Shown: one piece after another, positions 1-8,160 of the stretch
Numbering within the stretch: position 1 is the stretch's first letter
How the letters are laid out: each line of letters begins with the position of its first letter
Source of the DNA: Candidatus Vogelbacteria bacterium RIFOXYD1_FULL_46_19
GTDB lineage: Bacteria > Patescibacteriota > Minisyncoccia > Phycocordibacterales > XYD1-FULL-46-19
Reading direction: 5' to 3'
NCBI GenBank assembly: GCA_001824825.1
Contig: MHTK01000005.1
Span: forward strand, 16,173 to 80,172
DNA length: 64,000 nucleotides
Notes under the pieces: model-generated
What the model saw: only the letters and a program-made list of their open reading frames with translations
The model's database searches: none
Told to the model about the DNA's origin: nothing
Translations under genes and position numbers: made by a program

Positions 1-1
1 A

Positions 2-76
2 TACCACATTGGTGATCGGGTTAAAATAAAGGAAACTAGGCCGATATCAAAGGACAAGAGTTTTGAGGTAATTTAA
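2..76 (+). CDS. rpsQ: 30S ribosomal protein S17, C-terminal fragment (gene continues upstream of window)
   Basis: Frame-2 translation YHIGDRVKIKETRPISKDKSFEVI* matches the S17 C-terminus. It lies immediately upstream of rplN, as in the spc operon. Confidence 0.6.
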   Translation, partial: YHIGDRVKIKETRPISKDKSFEVI

Positions 77-87
77 CGAGTGTGCGA

Positions 88-187
88 CCCCGCCCGGCTC
101 CGTTTTTGACAGCCAGAGACCACTGATCAGGAAAGTGCACTCTATCTGTTTTTAAAACCAATCCAGTCGACAACGGAGCCGGGCGGA
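88..187. repeat. Palindromic intergenic element between rpsQ and rplN (15-bp inverted repeat arms 88-104 / 172-186)
   Basis: cccgcccggctccgtt ... aacggagccgggcgg are perfect inverted repeats about 65 nt apart. rpsQ and rplN are normally adjacent, so this reads as a roughly 100-bp insertion. Confidence 0.5.
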
Positions 188-226
188 GTGAAGACAATAT
201 ATTCTCTACGTTCATTATTTTCAATC

Positions 227-598
227 ATGATCCAACCACAATCCATCGTAAAAATAGCAGACAATACCGGCGGTAAAATCGGCCGAGTTTTTAAGGTGCT
301 TGGTGGTTCGAAACGACGTTACGCGCGGATTGGAGACCTGGTCGTCATGTCGATTCAGGTAGCCGAGCCACGCAAGGCTACTAAGAAAAAGGAAGTAGTT
401 CAGGCAGTGGTGGTCAGACAGCGTCAGCCTTTTCGCCGTAAAGATGGGTCTTATGTTCGTTTTGATGAAAACGCTGTAGTTATTATTGAAAAAGGTAAAA
501 AAGAACCTAAGGGTGGTCGTATTTTCGGTCCCATTCCGCGCGAAATTCAAGAACTTGGTTTCCAAAAAATTGCCTCCCTGGCTCCCGAGGTGGTTTAG
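227..598 (+). CDS. rplN: 50S ribosomal protein L14
   Basis: MIQPQSIVKIADNTGGK...VRFDENAVVII is canonical L14. The start was taken at the internal Met of the 188..598 ORF. Confidence 0.9.
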   Translation: MIQPQSIVKIADNTGGKIGRVFKVLGGSKRRYARIGDLVVMSIQVAEPRKATKKKEVVQAVVVRQRQPFRRKDGSYVRFDENAVVIIEKGKKEPKGGRIFGPIPREIQELGFQKIASLAPEVV

Positions 599-624
599 AT
601 CCGCTCGTGGAGAAAATCAATCAT

Positions 625-897
625 ATGAATACTTTACATATTAAAAAAGGTGATACGGTTAAGGTTATTACTGGCAAAGATAAGGGTAAAACCGCCAAGG
701 TTATTAGGGCTTTTCCCAGACAGGACAAGGTAATTGTGGAAGGCTTAAACCTTAAATCGAGGCGAGTCCGAGCCAGGAAGAGTAATGAAACCGGCCAAAC
801 CGTGAAAACAGCCGCTCCGATCCACGTGTCCAACCTAGCTTTGGCTGAGAAGAAAACCAAGGCCAAACCAACTAAAAAAGCCGTTGCTAAAAAATAA
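625..897 (+). CDS. rplX: 50S ribosomal protein L24
   Basis: MNTLHIKKGDTVKVITGKDKGKTAKV is the KOW motif of L24. GGAGAAA lies 9 nt upstream of the ATG. The ORF-track start at 607 is a GTG alternative. Confidence 0.85.
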   Translation: MNTLHIKKGDTVKVITGKDKGKTAKVIRAFPRQDKVIVEGLNLKSRRVRARKSNETGQTVKTAAPIHVSNLALAEKKTKAKPTKKAVAKK

Positions 898-905
898 ACT
901 GACTT

Positions 906-1454
906 ATGTTTACTCCTCTAAAAGAAAAAATTGAAGCCATTAAGCCTAGCTTGCGTAAGAGCTTGCAAGCTGACAATGATTTAGCTTTACCTAGACTGGT
1001 TAAGGTGGTAGTTAGCTCTGGTACTGGTAAGGCTAAAGATAAGAAGCGCAATGAGCTAGTGGCCGGGCGCTTAGCTAAAATTACTGGGCAAAAACCAGCC
1101 TTGCGTGGAGCCAAGCAGTCTATCGCTACTTTCAAATTACGACAGGGTGATATTATTGGCGCTGCGGTAACCTTGCGGGGACCTCGCATGTATCGTTTCC
1201 TGGATAAGCTTTTTAATGTCACTATGCCGCGTATGAGAGACTTTAAAGGGTATCCGGAAACAATTATCGACGATATGGGCAACCTGACTCTAGGTATCAG
1301 GGAGCATATCGTTTTCCCGGAAACCGCTGATGAGGACATCCGCGATGTTTTTGGTATGTCTATAACTATTGTTACTACCGCTAAAAATAAGGCTGAGGCC
1401 CTAATTTTCTTCCGTGAACTAGGCTTTCCGTTTAAGAAGGTAGCAGCTCGTTAA
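906..1454 (+). CDS. rplE: 50S ribosomal protein L5
   Basis: The sequence is L5-like throughout (…RLVKVVVSSGTGKAKDKK…FRGYPE-like…DIIDDMGNLTLGIREHIVFPE), and its position in the spc operon fits. Confidence 0.9.
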   Translation: MFTPLKEKIEAIKPSLRKSLQADNDLALPRLVKVVVSSGTGKAKDKKRNELVAGRLAKITGQKPALRGAKQSIATFKLRQGDIIGAAVTLRGPRMYRFLDKLFNVTMPRMRDFKGYPETIIDDMGNLTLGIREHIVFPETADEDIRDVFGMSITIVTTAKNKAEALIFFRELGFPFKKVAAR

Positions 1455-1587
1455 CTGACCCAAATATATAGTTTGGGGATGATTGGGAATCGACGACGGC
1501 TCCCTTAGAGGGGTAGCCAACTTTTAAGTTACAAATTTAAGGTTATTAGATCGACTTGTCGCTCTAAACGCCCCGTTTGCTAGTTTG

Positions 1588-1616
1588 ACAGGCTAACGCT
1601 TTATTGATAGTATACT
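1588..1616 (+). promoter_or_regulatory. Putative sigma70-type internal promoter upstream of rpsN (TTGACA-17-TAGTAT)
   Basis: ttgaca ggctaacgctttattga tagtat lies in the unusually long 190-bp rplE-rpsN spacer. Confidence 0.35.
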
Positions 1617-1646
1617 TCCTAGCCCTTAGGGCTAATTTGTTTAATT

Positions 1647-1832
1647 ATGGCCAAAAAATCTGTTATTGCTCGAAGTCTAAAAACTCCCAAATTCGCCTCA
1701 CGCGTAGTGCGACGCTGTTTCCGTTGTGGTCGTAAGCGTGGTTATATGCGAGATTTTGATCTCTGTCGTATTTGTTTTAGGGAGTATGCTAATGAGGGCA
1801 AAATTCCTGGCATTAAAAAATCATCATGGTAA
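1647..1832 (+). CDS. rpsN: 30S ribosomal protein S14, zinc-binding type Z
   Basis: A 61-aa protein with CFRCGRKRGYMRDFDLCRIC, a CxxC…CxxC zinc ribbon, matches the short S14 type. Confidence 0.9.
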   Translation: MAKKSVIARSLKTPKFASRVVRRCFRCGRKRGYMRDFDLCRICFREYANEGKIPGIKKSSW

Positions 1833-2221
1833 CAGACCCTATTGCTGATATGTTAAATCGCGTATCTAACGCGTCTAAAGTGGGCAAACCACAAGTGACG
1901 GTTAGTTATTCTAACTTGCGCTTGGCGGTAGCTTCGGTGTTGAAAAAAGAGGGCTATCTAATTAGTGTGGTTAAAAAGAATAAACACGGCCGCAATTACC
2001 TTATTTTAGATATTGCTTATACCGATGGTGGCGCCCCAGTGATGTCTTTTGTCAAAAAAATTTCCAAACCGTCCAAGCGGATTTATGAAAAATCTACCGC
2101 TATCAGGAGTGTGCGTCAGGGTCGAGGCTTGTCGATTATTTCTACCCCCAAAGGGGTGATGACCGATAAAGATGCCAGACGGGAAAAGGTCGGCGGAGAA
2201 GTGTTGTGTCAAATTTGGTAA
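1826..2221 (+). CDS. rpsH: 30S ribosomal protein S8
   Basis: MVTDPIADMLNRVSNA… is the S8 N-terminus. The gene overlaps the rpsN stop (ATGGTAA). Confidence 0.9.
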   Translation: MVTDPIADMLNRVSNASKVGKPQVTVSYSNLRLAVASVLKKEGYLISVVKKNKHGRNYLILDIAYTDGGAPVMSFVKKISKPSKRIYEKSTAIRSVRQGRGLSIISTPKGVMTDKDARREKVGGEVLCQIW

Positions 2222-2306
2222 TTTAAATCTTAGGCAGGCCACGAGTGATAAACTAGTGTTGATAAGACTAGGCCTATCCTCGTAGACAATCGTTAATATA
2301 TTAATT

Positions 2307-2843
2307 ATGTCTCGTATTGGAAAGCGCACAATTGAAATACCTACCGGAGTGACGGTTGCTAAAAATCCGGAGGGGGTGGAGGTTAAAGGTCCTAAGGGAA
2401 CTTTAACTAGGCATTTCCGTTCGGAGGTGGCTATTAATATTGATGGCCATACCATTACTTTGGTGCCCACTAAGGAAACCGGACCAACCCGAGCCTTGTG
2501 GGGGACTTATGGCTCGCACTTGGTTAATATGATTGAGGGTGTGTCTAAAGGTTTTGAGAAAAAAATGATTATTGAGGGAGTTGGTTTTAAAGCGGCAGTG
2601 GTGGGTAATAAATTAGTTTTGGATATTGGTTTTTCTCATCAGGTTGAGGAGGCTATTCCAGCGGGTTTAATTGTGACGACTGAAAAAAACCTAATTACCG
2701 TAACTGGGTTTGATAAAGAGCTGGTGGGGCAGTTCGCGGCCACGGTACGTTCCCATAAACCAACTGAGCCCTACAAGGGTAAGGGAATTAGGTATATGGA
2801 CGAAATTGTTCGCCGCAAGCAAGGTAAAAAGACTGTTTCCTAG
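2307..2843 (+). CDS. rplF: 50S ribosomal protein L6
   Basis: MSRIGKRTIEIPTGVTVAKNPEGVEVKGPKGTL is the L6 N-terminus, and the operon position fits. Confidence 0.9.
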   Translation: MSRIGKRTIEIPTGVTVAKNPEGVEVKGPKGTLTRHFRSEVAINIDGHTITLVPTKETGPTRALWGTYGSHLVNMIEGVSKGFEKKMIIEGVGFKAAVVGNKLVLDIGFSHQVEEAIPAGLIVTTEKNLITVTGFDKELVGQFAATVRSHKPTEPYKGKGIRYMDEIVRRKQGKKTVS

Positions 2844-2861
2844 TTGTAGTATATTTTAATT

Positions 2862-3230
2862 ATGATTGCTCATATTCAAAAAAAGAAGGCCGCCGCTTTA
2901 ACTCGCCGTCACCAGCGGATTCGAGCTCGCTTGAGTGGTACTGCTCTCCGACCTCGTCTCCTAGTTAAAAAATCCAACCGTTACACTCGAGCGGCTTTGA
3001 TTGATGATCTTAAAGGGGCAACTTTGGCTGCGGCTAGTACAGTTACTACTAAAGTCGCTAAAGGTGACTTCGCCAAGGTAGAATCGGCCCGCGCTCTCGG
3101 GTTGGAAATTGCTAATTTAGCTAAGGCTAAAAAGATTTCTAAGGTTGTTTTTGACCGCGGAGGGAACCGCTACACTGGTCGAGTTAAAGCGGTGGCGGAA
3201 GGGGCCCGCGAGGGTGGTTTGGAATTTTAA
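2862..3230 (+). CDS. rplR: 50S ribosomal protein L18
   Basis: …RLLVKKSNRYTRAALIDD…GNRYTGRVKAVAEGAREGGLEF are L18 motifs. Confidence 0.9.
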   Translation: MIAHIQKKKAAALTRRHQRIRARLSGTALRPRLLVKKSNRYTRAALIDDLKGATLAAASTVTTKVAKGDFAKVESARALGLEIANLAKAKKISKVVFDRGGNRYTGRVKAVAEGAREGGLEF

Positions 3231-3247
3231 TACTCGATATTTTAGTT

Positions 3248-3811
3248 ATGACTACTACTGCACAAAATAAAACAAATCCCGTCGTCGAAGCCCCGGCCCC
3301 AGCTGGTCGTGGTAACAATAGTGGGGCCTATGCCAAGCGTCGAAGTTTTGGGGGTGGACAGCGTCGTGAACGAGCTAAGCCGGAGTTTGCTCACAAAGTG
3401 GTGGATGTTCGTCGGGTCACTCGAGTTATGGCAGGAGGTCGCCGGTTCAGTTTCTCGGTCACCTTGGTGGCTGGTGATAAAAAAGGCCGAGTGGGAGTGG
3501 GTATTGGTAAAGCTGGGGACACTGCTCTCGCCATTGATAAGGCTATGAATGACGCCAAAAAAAGAATGATCACTGTTCTTAGAACCGACGAACAGTCTAT
3601 TCCTCATGAGGTGGAGGCCAAGTACGGTGCCACCCGTCTAATTTTAAAGCCGTCTAAAGGTAAAGGGTTGGTGGCCGGTAGCTCGGTGCGAACCGTGCTG
3701 GATTTAGCGGGAGTTAAAGACGTTAATGCTAAATTAATTTCTCGCAGCAAAAACAAGTTAAATAATGCGCGGGCGGTGGTGATAGCTCTAAAAAAGTTAA
3801 GAGCGGCTTAG
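3248..3811 (+). CDS. rpsE: 30S ribosomal protein S5
   Basis: …VVDVRRVTRVMAGGRRFSFSVTLVAGDKKGRVGVGIGKAGDTALAIDKA… is the S5 core. It is followed directly by rplO with no rpmD (L30) between them. Confidence 0.9.
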   Translation: MTTTAQNKTNPVVEAPAPAGRGNNSGAYAKRRSFGGGQRRERAKPEFAHKVVDVRRVTRVMAGGRRFSFSVTLVAGDKKGRVGVGIGKAGDTALAIDKAMNDAKKRMITVLRTDEQSIPHEVEAKYGATRLILKPSKGKGLVAGSSVRTVLDLAGVKDVNAKLISRSKNKLNNARAVVIALKKLRAA

Positions 3812-3829
3812 GACTTTCGAATATCTACT

Positions 3830-4273
3830 ATGCAAACTCACGAAGTAAAACAAAAATCAAAGAGAACTAGACACCAACAAATAGGCCGGGGTGGTAAGCG
3901 TGGTAAAACTTCTGGTCGGGGAACTAAGGGTCAGAAGGCGCGAGCTGGACGTAAACTGCGACCGGAAATTCGCGACCAAATCAAAAAAATCCCTAAGTTG
4001 CGTGGTCGCGGTATTAATACCAATAAACCGGTGGGCTTGCCGGTGGCTACTATTAGTGTGGCTGTGATCGGAGCTAATTTTAAAGACGGCGAAAAAGTAT
4101 CACCGAAAATTTTAGTCGACAAGAAGCTCGTCAGAAAAATCGATGGCCGTGTGCCTTTGGTTAAAGTATTGGGGACTGGCGATATTAAGAGTAAGATTGT
4201 AGCTCGCGGTTTAACTTTCTCGAAGGCCGCCGCTGACAAACTTCAAGTGGCGGGCGGGGTAGTGACTAACTAA
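3830..4273 (+). CDS. rplO: 50S ribosomal protein L15
   Basis: A basic N-terminus (…RGGKRGKTSGRGTKGQKARAG…) typical of L15, in the expected operon position. Confidence 0.85.
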   Translation: MQTHEVKQKSKRTRHQQIGRGGKRGKTSGRGTKGQKARAGRKLRPEIRDQIKKIPKLRGRGINTNKPVGLPVATISVAVIGANFKDGEKVSPKILVDKKLVRKIDGRVPLVKVLGTGDIKSKIVARGLTFSKAAADKLQVAGGVVTN

Positions 4274-4280
4274 ATATTTT

Positions 4281-5552
4281 ATGGCTGAATTCATCCAAAA
4301 AATTAAACTGGTAATGGCCGACCGGTCTTTGATGGTCCGCATTGGCTTTGTGCTGTTGGTTTTGGCTTTGTTTCGGGCCGCCGCCGCTGTGCCTATTCCC
4401 AGTGTTGACCATTTGGCTTTAGCCCAATTTTTTTCTAATAATCAGTTTTTTGGTCTGTTGAATATTTTTTCCGGTGGTGGCTTATCTAACTTATCTATTG
4501 TGATGCTCGGGGTGGGACCTTTTATTACCGCTTCGATTATTATGCAACTGTTGACGTTGATTTTTCCATCTTTAAAAGAGTTGTATCATGAGGATGGCGA
4601 AGCTGGCCGCCGTAAAGTAGCCCAGTACTCGAGGCTTTTGTCGGTGCCACTGGCCATGCTGCAAGGCTTTGGACTCTTGACCTTACTGGCTCAACAGGGA
4701 GTTTTAAATGAAATGACGACGGTGGATCGCCTCTTGAGTGTCATTGTGGTTACGGCCGGTTCAGCGCTCTTAATGTGGCTAGGAGAGATGATCAATCAGT
4801 ATGGTATCGGCAATGGGTTGTCGATTATTATTTTTGCCGGTATCGTGGCGGCTTTACCGCAGGCTATTTCTCAGCTTTGGGTTACCTATGATCCAAGTTT
4901 AATTCCCACTTATCTCGGCTTTGTGGTTTTGGCGATAGTCATTGTGGGTGGAGTGGTTATTGTGACCGAGGGTGAACGGCCGATTCCTATTACTTATGCC
5001 AAAAGAGTGCGCGGGATGAAGGTTTATGGCGGGGTCTCTACTTACTTACCGATTCGGGTTAATAATGCCGGCGTTATGCCAATCATTTTTGCTTTGTCGA
5101 TCTTGCTGTTTCCGCAGATGATTGTGAATTTCTTGGTTCAGGCGAACAATGTGGTGGTGCAGGATGTGTCTAATTTTATCTTGTCCATTCTTAATAATGC
5201 TTGGATTTACAGCATTATCTATTTTATTTTAGTTTTTGGTTTTACTTATTTCTATTCGGCTGTCACCTTTGACCCTCATATGATAGCTACTAACTTGCAA
5301 AAAGGGGGAGCTTTCATTCCCGGTATCAGGCCGGGCCAGTCGACGGAGGTTTATATTGGCAAAATGCTGTCACGACTGACTTTTTTTGGAGCTTTATTTT
5401 TGGGTATTATTGCGATGTTGCCTCTGATTATGCAGGAGATTACCGGAGTGGCTACGCTAGCTATTGGGGGAACCGGCCTGTTGATCGTAGTTTCGGTGGT
5501 TCTGGATTTGATCAAGAAAATTGACGCGCAGGTGACGATGCGAGAATATTAA
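4281..5552 (+). CDS. secY: Preprotein translocase subunit SecY
   Basis: A 423-aa polytopic membrane protein (…GGGLSNLSIVMLGVGPFITASIIMQLLT…) located after rplO. Confidence 0.9.
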   Translation: MAEFIQKIKLVMADRSLMVRIGFVLLVLALFRAAAAVPIPSVDHLALAQFFSNNQFFGLLNIFSGGGLSNLSIVMLGVGPFITASIIMQLLTLIFPSLKELYHEDGEAGRRKVAQYSRLLSVPLAMLQGFGLLTLLAQQGVLNEMTTVDRLLSVIVVTAGSALLMWLGEMINQYGIGNGLSIIIFAGIVAALPQAISQLWVTYDPSLIPTYLGFVVLAIVIVGGVVIVTEGERPIPITYAKRVRGMKVYGGVSTYLPIRVNNAGVMPIIFALSILLFPQMIVNFLVQANNVVVQDVSNFILSILNNAWIYSIIYFILVFGFTYFYSAVTFDPHMIATNLQKGGAFIPGIRPGQSTEVYIGKMLSRLTFFGALFLGIIAMLPLIMQEITGVATLAIGGTGLLIVVSVVLDLIKKIDAQVTMREY

Positions 5553-5555
5553 TTA

Positions 5556-5720
5556 GCCAAACCCCAAAAGGAGCACGAAAAAAAGTCTACTGACTTTTTT
5601 CTCAGTCCCCGCCTGCCACACCACAAGGCACTGGCGGGCAGGCCCGCCTGCAACGCTTGAGCTTGACGATGGCGGGCAGGTCGGCTACTCACCTGCGAAG
5701 TCCTCCTTTTGGGGTTTGGC
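5556..5720. repeat. MITE-like palindromic element with perfect 18-bp terminal inverted repeats (gccaaaccccaaaaggag / ctccttttggggtttggc)
   Basis: The terminal inverted repeat is perfect, at 5556-5573 and 5703-5720. It contains a nested hairpin (gaaaaaaagtc tact gacttttttc) and repeated ggcgggcagg / ccgcctgc motifs. It sits directly after the secY stop. Confidence 0.55.
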
Positions 5721-5780
5721 TTGAGGAATGAAGGAAATGTTGATAATCGTATTTAGTATGGAATACATAGTATAATGTAC

Positions 5781-5812
5781 CCCCGCGCGCCACAGGTGCG
5801 CGGGGGTTTTCC
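5781..5812 (+). terminator. GC-rich hairpin plus T-tract (cccccgcgcgccacaggtgcgcggggg tttt), preceded by a TATAAT box
   Basis: Perfect 11-bp stem followed by Us. tagtataat lies about 15 nt upstream, so this may be a very short transcript or an attenuator ahead of adk. Confidence 0.4.
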
Positions 5813-5894
5813 GTATCCCATACGGTATACTTTATACGATGTATTACCCCGGCCCTAGATTTAGACCCTAATTTGCGTTATACTTACTCTCGTC

Positions 5895-6491
5895 ATGTTT
5901 GATCCTAATCTCCTCACTGTTCTCTTCATTGGCCGTTCTGGCTGTGGCAAGGGTACACAATCGGGCCTCTTGGTTAAGTATTTGGAGGCGGGTAATCGGG
6001 CCCTGGCCCCTGTTTTATATATTGAGACCGGCGCTCGATTTCGGGATTTTATTAAGCGTGATTCTTTTTCCAGCCAGTTATCCCAAAAAATAATGGCCAC
6101 TGATGATTTGCAGCCATCTTTTTTGTCGACTTGGATGTGGGCCAACGAGTTTATTGAAAAAATGGAAGAGGGCCAACATTTAGTGGTAGACGGCTCACCG
6201 AGGAAGCCGGCGGAGGCTCTGACTATGGCTTCGGCCCTTAGGTTTTATGGTCGACATCGTCCGGCTGTCGTCCACTTGAATGTGTCGCGGGAGTGGTCAC
6301 ATAAGCATTTACTGGCCCGGGGCCGGGCTGATGACGACGTGGCGGGTATTGAAAAAAGACTGAACTGGTTTGATGAGGAAGTGGTACCCACTATAGATTT
6401 TTTTAAGAATGATCCCAACTTTCTATTTTTAGACATTGATGGCGAGCGGCCGATCGAGGTGATTCATCAGGATATAATTGCCCGTTTATGA
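5895..6491 (+). CDS. adk: Adenylate kinase (divergent)
   Basis: A P-loop (IGRSGCGKGTQ), an LVDGSPRK-like NMP-binding motif, and a position between secY and map, as in the spc operon. Confidence 0.7.
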   Translation: MFDPNLLTVLFIGRSGCGKGTQSGLLVKYLEAGNRALAPVLYIETGARFRDFIKRDSFSSQLSQKIMATDDLQPSFLSTWMWANEFIEKMEEGQHLVVDGSPRKPAEALTMASALRFYGRHRPAVVHLNVSREWSHKHLLARGRADDDVAGIEKRLNWFDEEVVPTIDFFKNDPNFLFLDIDGERPIEVIHQDIIARL

Positions 6492-7252
6492 TCAGACTAA
6501 AGAATGAGCAGGAGATCAAGATTTTGCGGGCCGGGGGTAAGCGCCTAGCCGGCCTAATTGAGCGCTTAAGTGAAGAGTTGAAGCCTGGTCTTAAAACTGG
6601 TGAGCTTGATGACTTGGCGCAAGAGCTGATTGCCGAGGCTGGAGACCGGCCCGCCTTTTTAAATTACCGACCGGAGGGAGCCATCTTAGCCTACCCAGCC
6701 GCCTTGTGTGTCTCGATTAATGAAGAGATTGTGCACGGGATTCCCGGTGGCAGAGTGATCAATGATGGTGATTTGGTCACTCTTGATCTGGGGCTCATTC
6801 ATCAAGGTCTGGTGACTGATATGGCCAGGTCTTTCTCTATCGGTGAGCCGTCACCGGAGGTGGCTAAGCTCTTGATGGTCACTCGAGAAGCTTTGGATAT
6901 TGGGATCGCGGCCGCGAGGCCCCAGGGCACGGTGGGTGATATTGGGGCGGCGATTGAAGACTATGTCACTGCTGCTGGTTTTGGGCTAGCTCGTGATCTG
7001 TCTGGTCACGGGGTGGGGTTTGCAGTCCATGAAGACCCACAAGTGCCTAACTATGGACGGCCTGGAGAAGGGGCCAAGTTGGAGCCGGGGCTGGTGATTG
7101 CTATTGAGCCAATGGTGCTCGCCGGTCGAGAAAAGACTAAGTTGTTGGGTGACGGTTATACTTTCATAACCGCTGATGGCAGTTTGTGTGCTCACTTCGA
7201 GCACACCATAGCCATCACGGAGACCGGAGTAGAAATTTTAACAATTAAGTAA
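6488..7252 (+). CDS. map: Methionine aminopeptidase type I
   Basis: …HGIPGGRVINDGDLVTLDLG… and …HFEHTIAITETG… are metal-ligand motifs of MetAP. Confidence 0.9.
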   Translation: MIRLKNEQEIKILRAGGKRLAGLIERLSEELKPGLKTGELDDLAQELIAEAGDRPAFLNYRPEGAILAYPAALCVSINEEIVHGIPGGRVINDGDLVTLDLGLIHQGLVTDMARSFSIGEPSPEVAKLLMVTREALDIGIAAARPQGTVGDIGAAIEDYVTAAGFGLARDLSGHGVGFAVHEDPQVPNYGRPGEGAKLEPGLVIAIEPMVLAGREKTKLLGDGYTFITADGSLCAHFEHTIAITETGVEILTIK

Positions 7253-7260
7253 GATATTTT

Positions 7261-7845
7261 ATGGTAAATCCTAAGGAAGAACGAAGCTATGTCATGGTTA
7301 AGCCCGATGGCGTCCGTAAGGGGCTAGTGGGAGAAATTATGCAGCGTTTTGAGCGGCGCGACTTAAAAATTGTGGCCCTAGAAATGTTCCAACCCACCAC
7401 GGATCAAATTGACAGCCATTATCCCAAGGATGAAAAGTGGATTACCAGGCTCGGGGAAAAGACTAAGTCAACTTACGATAAGTATGGCTATGATTTAAAG
7501 GCCGAGTTGGGGACTGATGATTTATTTGCCATCGGTACCCAGGTTCGCCAGTGGATTTTGGATTATATGACCTCGGCTCCCTTGGTGCGGATGGTCGTGC
7601 AGGGCCTGCACGCCGTCGACGTGGTACGGAAAATTACGGGCCATACTATTCCATCGATGGCCGATATGGGCACCATTCGGGGTGATTTTTCGATTGATTC
7701 ACCGCTCCTGGCTAACGCGGAAAAACGAGCCATTATGAACTTGATTCACGCGTCGGAAACACCGGAAGAAGCTGAACATGAGATTAATTACTGGTTTGGG
7801 GATAAGCCTATCTTTAACTATAAACGGTTTGGGGTGGATGATTAG
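7261..7845 (+). CDS. ndk: Nucleoside diphosphate kinase with ~45-aa internal insertion
   Basis: SYVMVKPDGVRKGLVGEIMQRFERRDLKIV and NLIHASE (catalytic His) are present. The insert HYPKDEKWITRLGEKTKSTYDKYGYDLKAELGTDDLFAIG… lies between conserved blocks. Confidence 0.75.
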   Translation: MVNPKEERSYVMVKPDGVRKGLVGEIMQRFERRDLKIVALEMFQPTTDQIDSHYPKDEKWITRLGEKTKSTYDKYGYDLKAELGTDDLFAIGTQVRQWILDYMTSAPLVRMVVQGLHAVDVVRKITGHTIPSMADMGTIRGDFSIDSPLLANAEKRAIMNLIHASETPEEAEHEINYWFGDKPIFNYKRFGVDD

Positions 7846-7886
7846 TTAGTCGGTATTGGTTGAGCTCGCAGTGGATTAAATATTAA

Positions 7887-7925
7887 ATTCGTCGCTAACT
7901 TTCGTTGGCGACGAATTTGTATTTA
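7887..7925 (+). terminator. Rho-independent terminator after ndk
   Basis: A ttcgtcgc…gcgacgaa stem followed by tttgtattt. Confidence 0.5.
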
Positions 7926-8126
7926 CAATAAGATTGGTTATAATTTAAGGGAGGTTATTTGTGGGGTATTATCTAGATCAAACATAACCCTAGGGAGCCT
8001 TATATTGCTTAGGATCTTTGATCTTAAGTTGCGGGCACCCACGTAGATACTATTTCTTCTAGGGTTAATACTCTCAAATAACCTTTAAAGAAAATCTCTC
8101 CTATCAGACGGAGGGATTTTGTTTTG
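7917..8126 (+). promoter_or_regulatory. Promoter (TTGTAT-16-TATAAT) + SD + 8-codon mini-ORF (GTG GGG TAT TAT CTA GAT CAA ACA TAA, 7961-7987) + structured leader ending in intrinsic terminator (8091-8126)
   Basis: The -35 is at 7917-7922 and the -10 at 7939-7944. AAGGGAGG sits 6 nt before the GTG. The terminator is aaaatctctcc/ggagggatttt followed by gttttg. This candidate attenuator or riboswitch-like leader is upstream of the membrane protein gene at 8161. Confidence 0.4.
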
Positions 8127-8160
8127 CAGGCTAGGCTATTTAAGGTACAATTTTAGATAA

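Noticed and set aside
36-224. 62-aa ORF on the minus strand between rpsQ and rplN
   Set aside because: It lies within the palindromic spacer element antisense to ribosomal genes, with no start signals. It is an artefact of the inverted repeat.
3242-3607. Several 60-120-aa ORFs antisense to ribosomal protein genes and secY (for example 221..565, 887..1339, 2006..2470, 3242..3607, 3931..4239)
   Set aside because: They are overlapped by highly conserved, confidently identified ribosomal and secY genes on the opposite strand.
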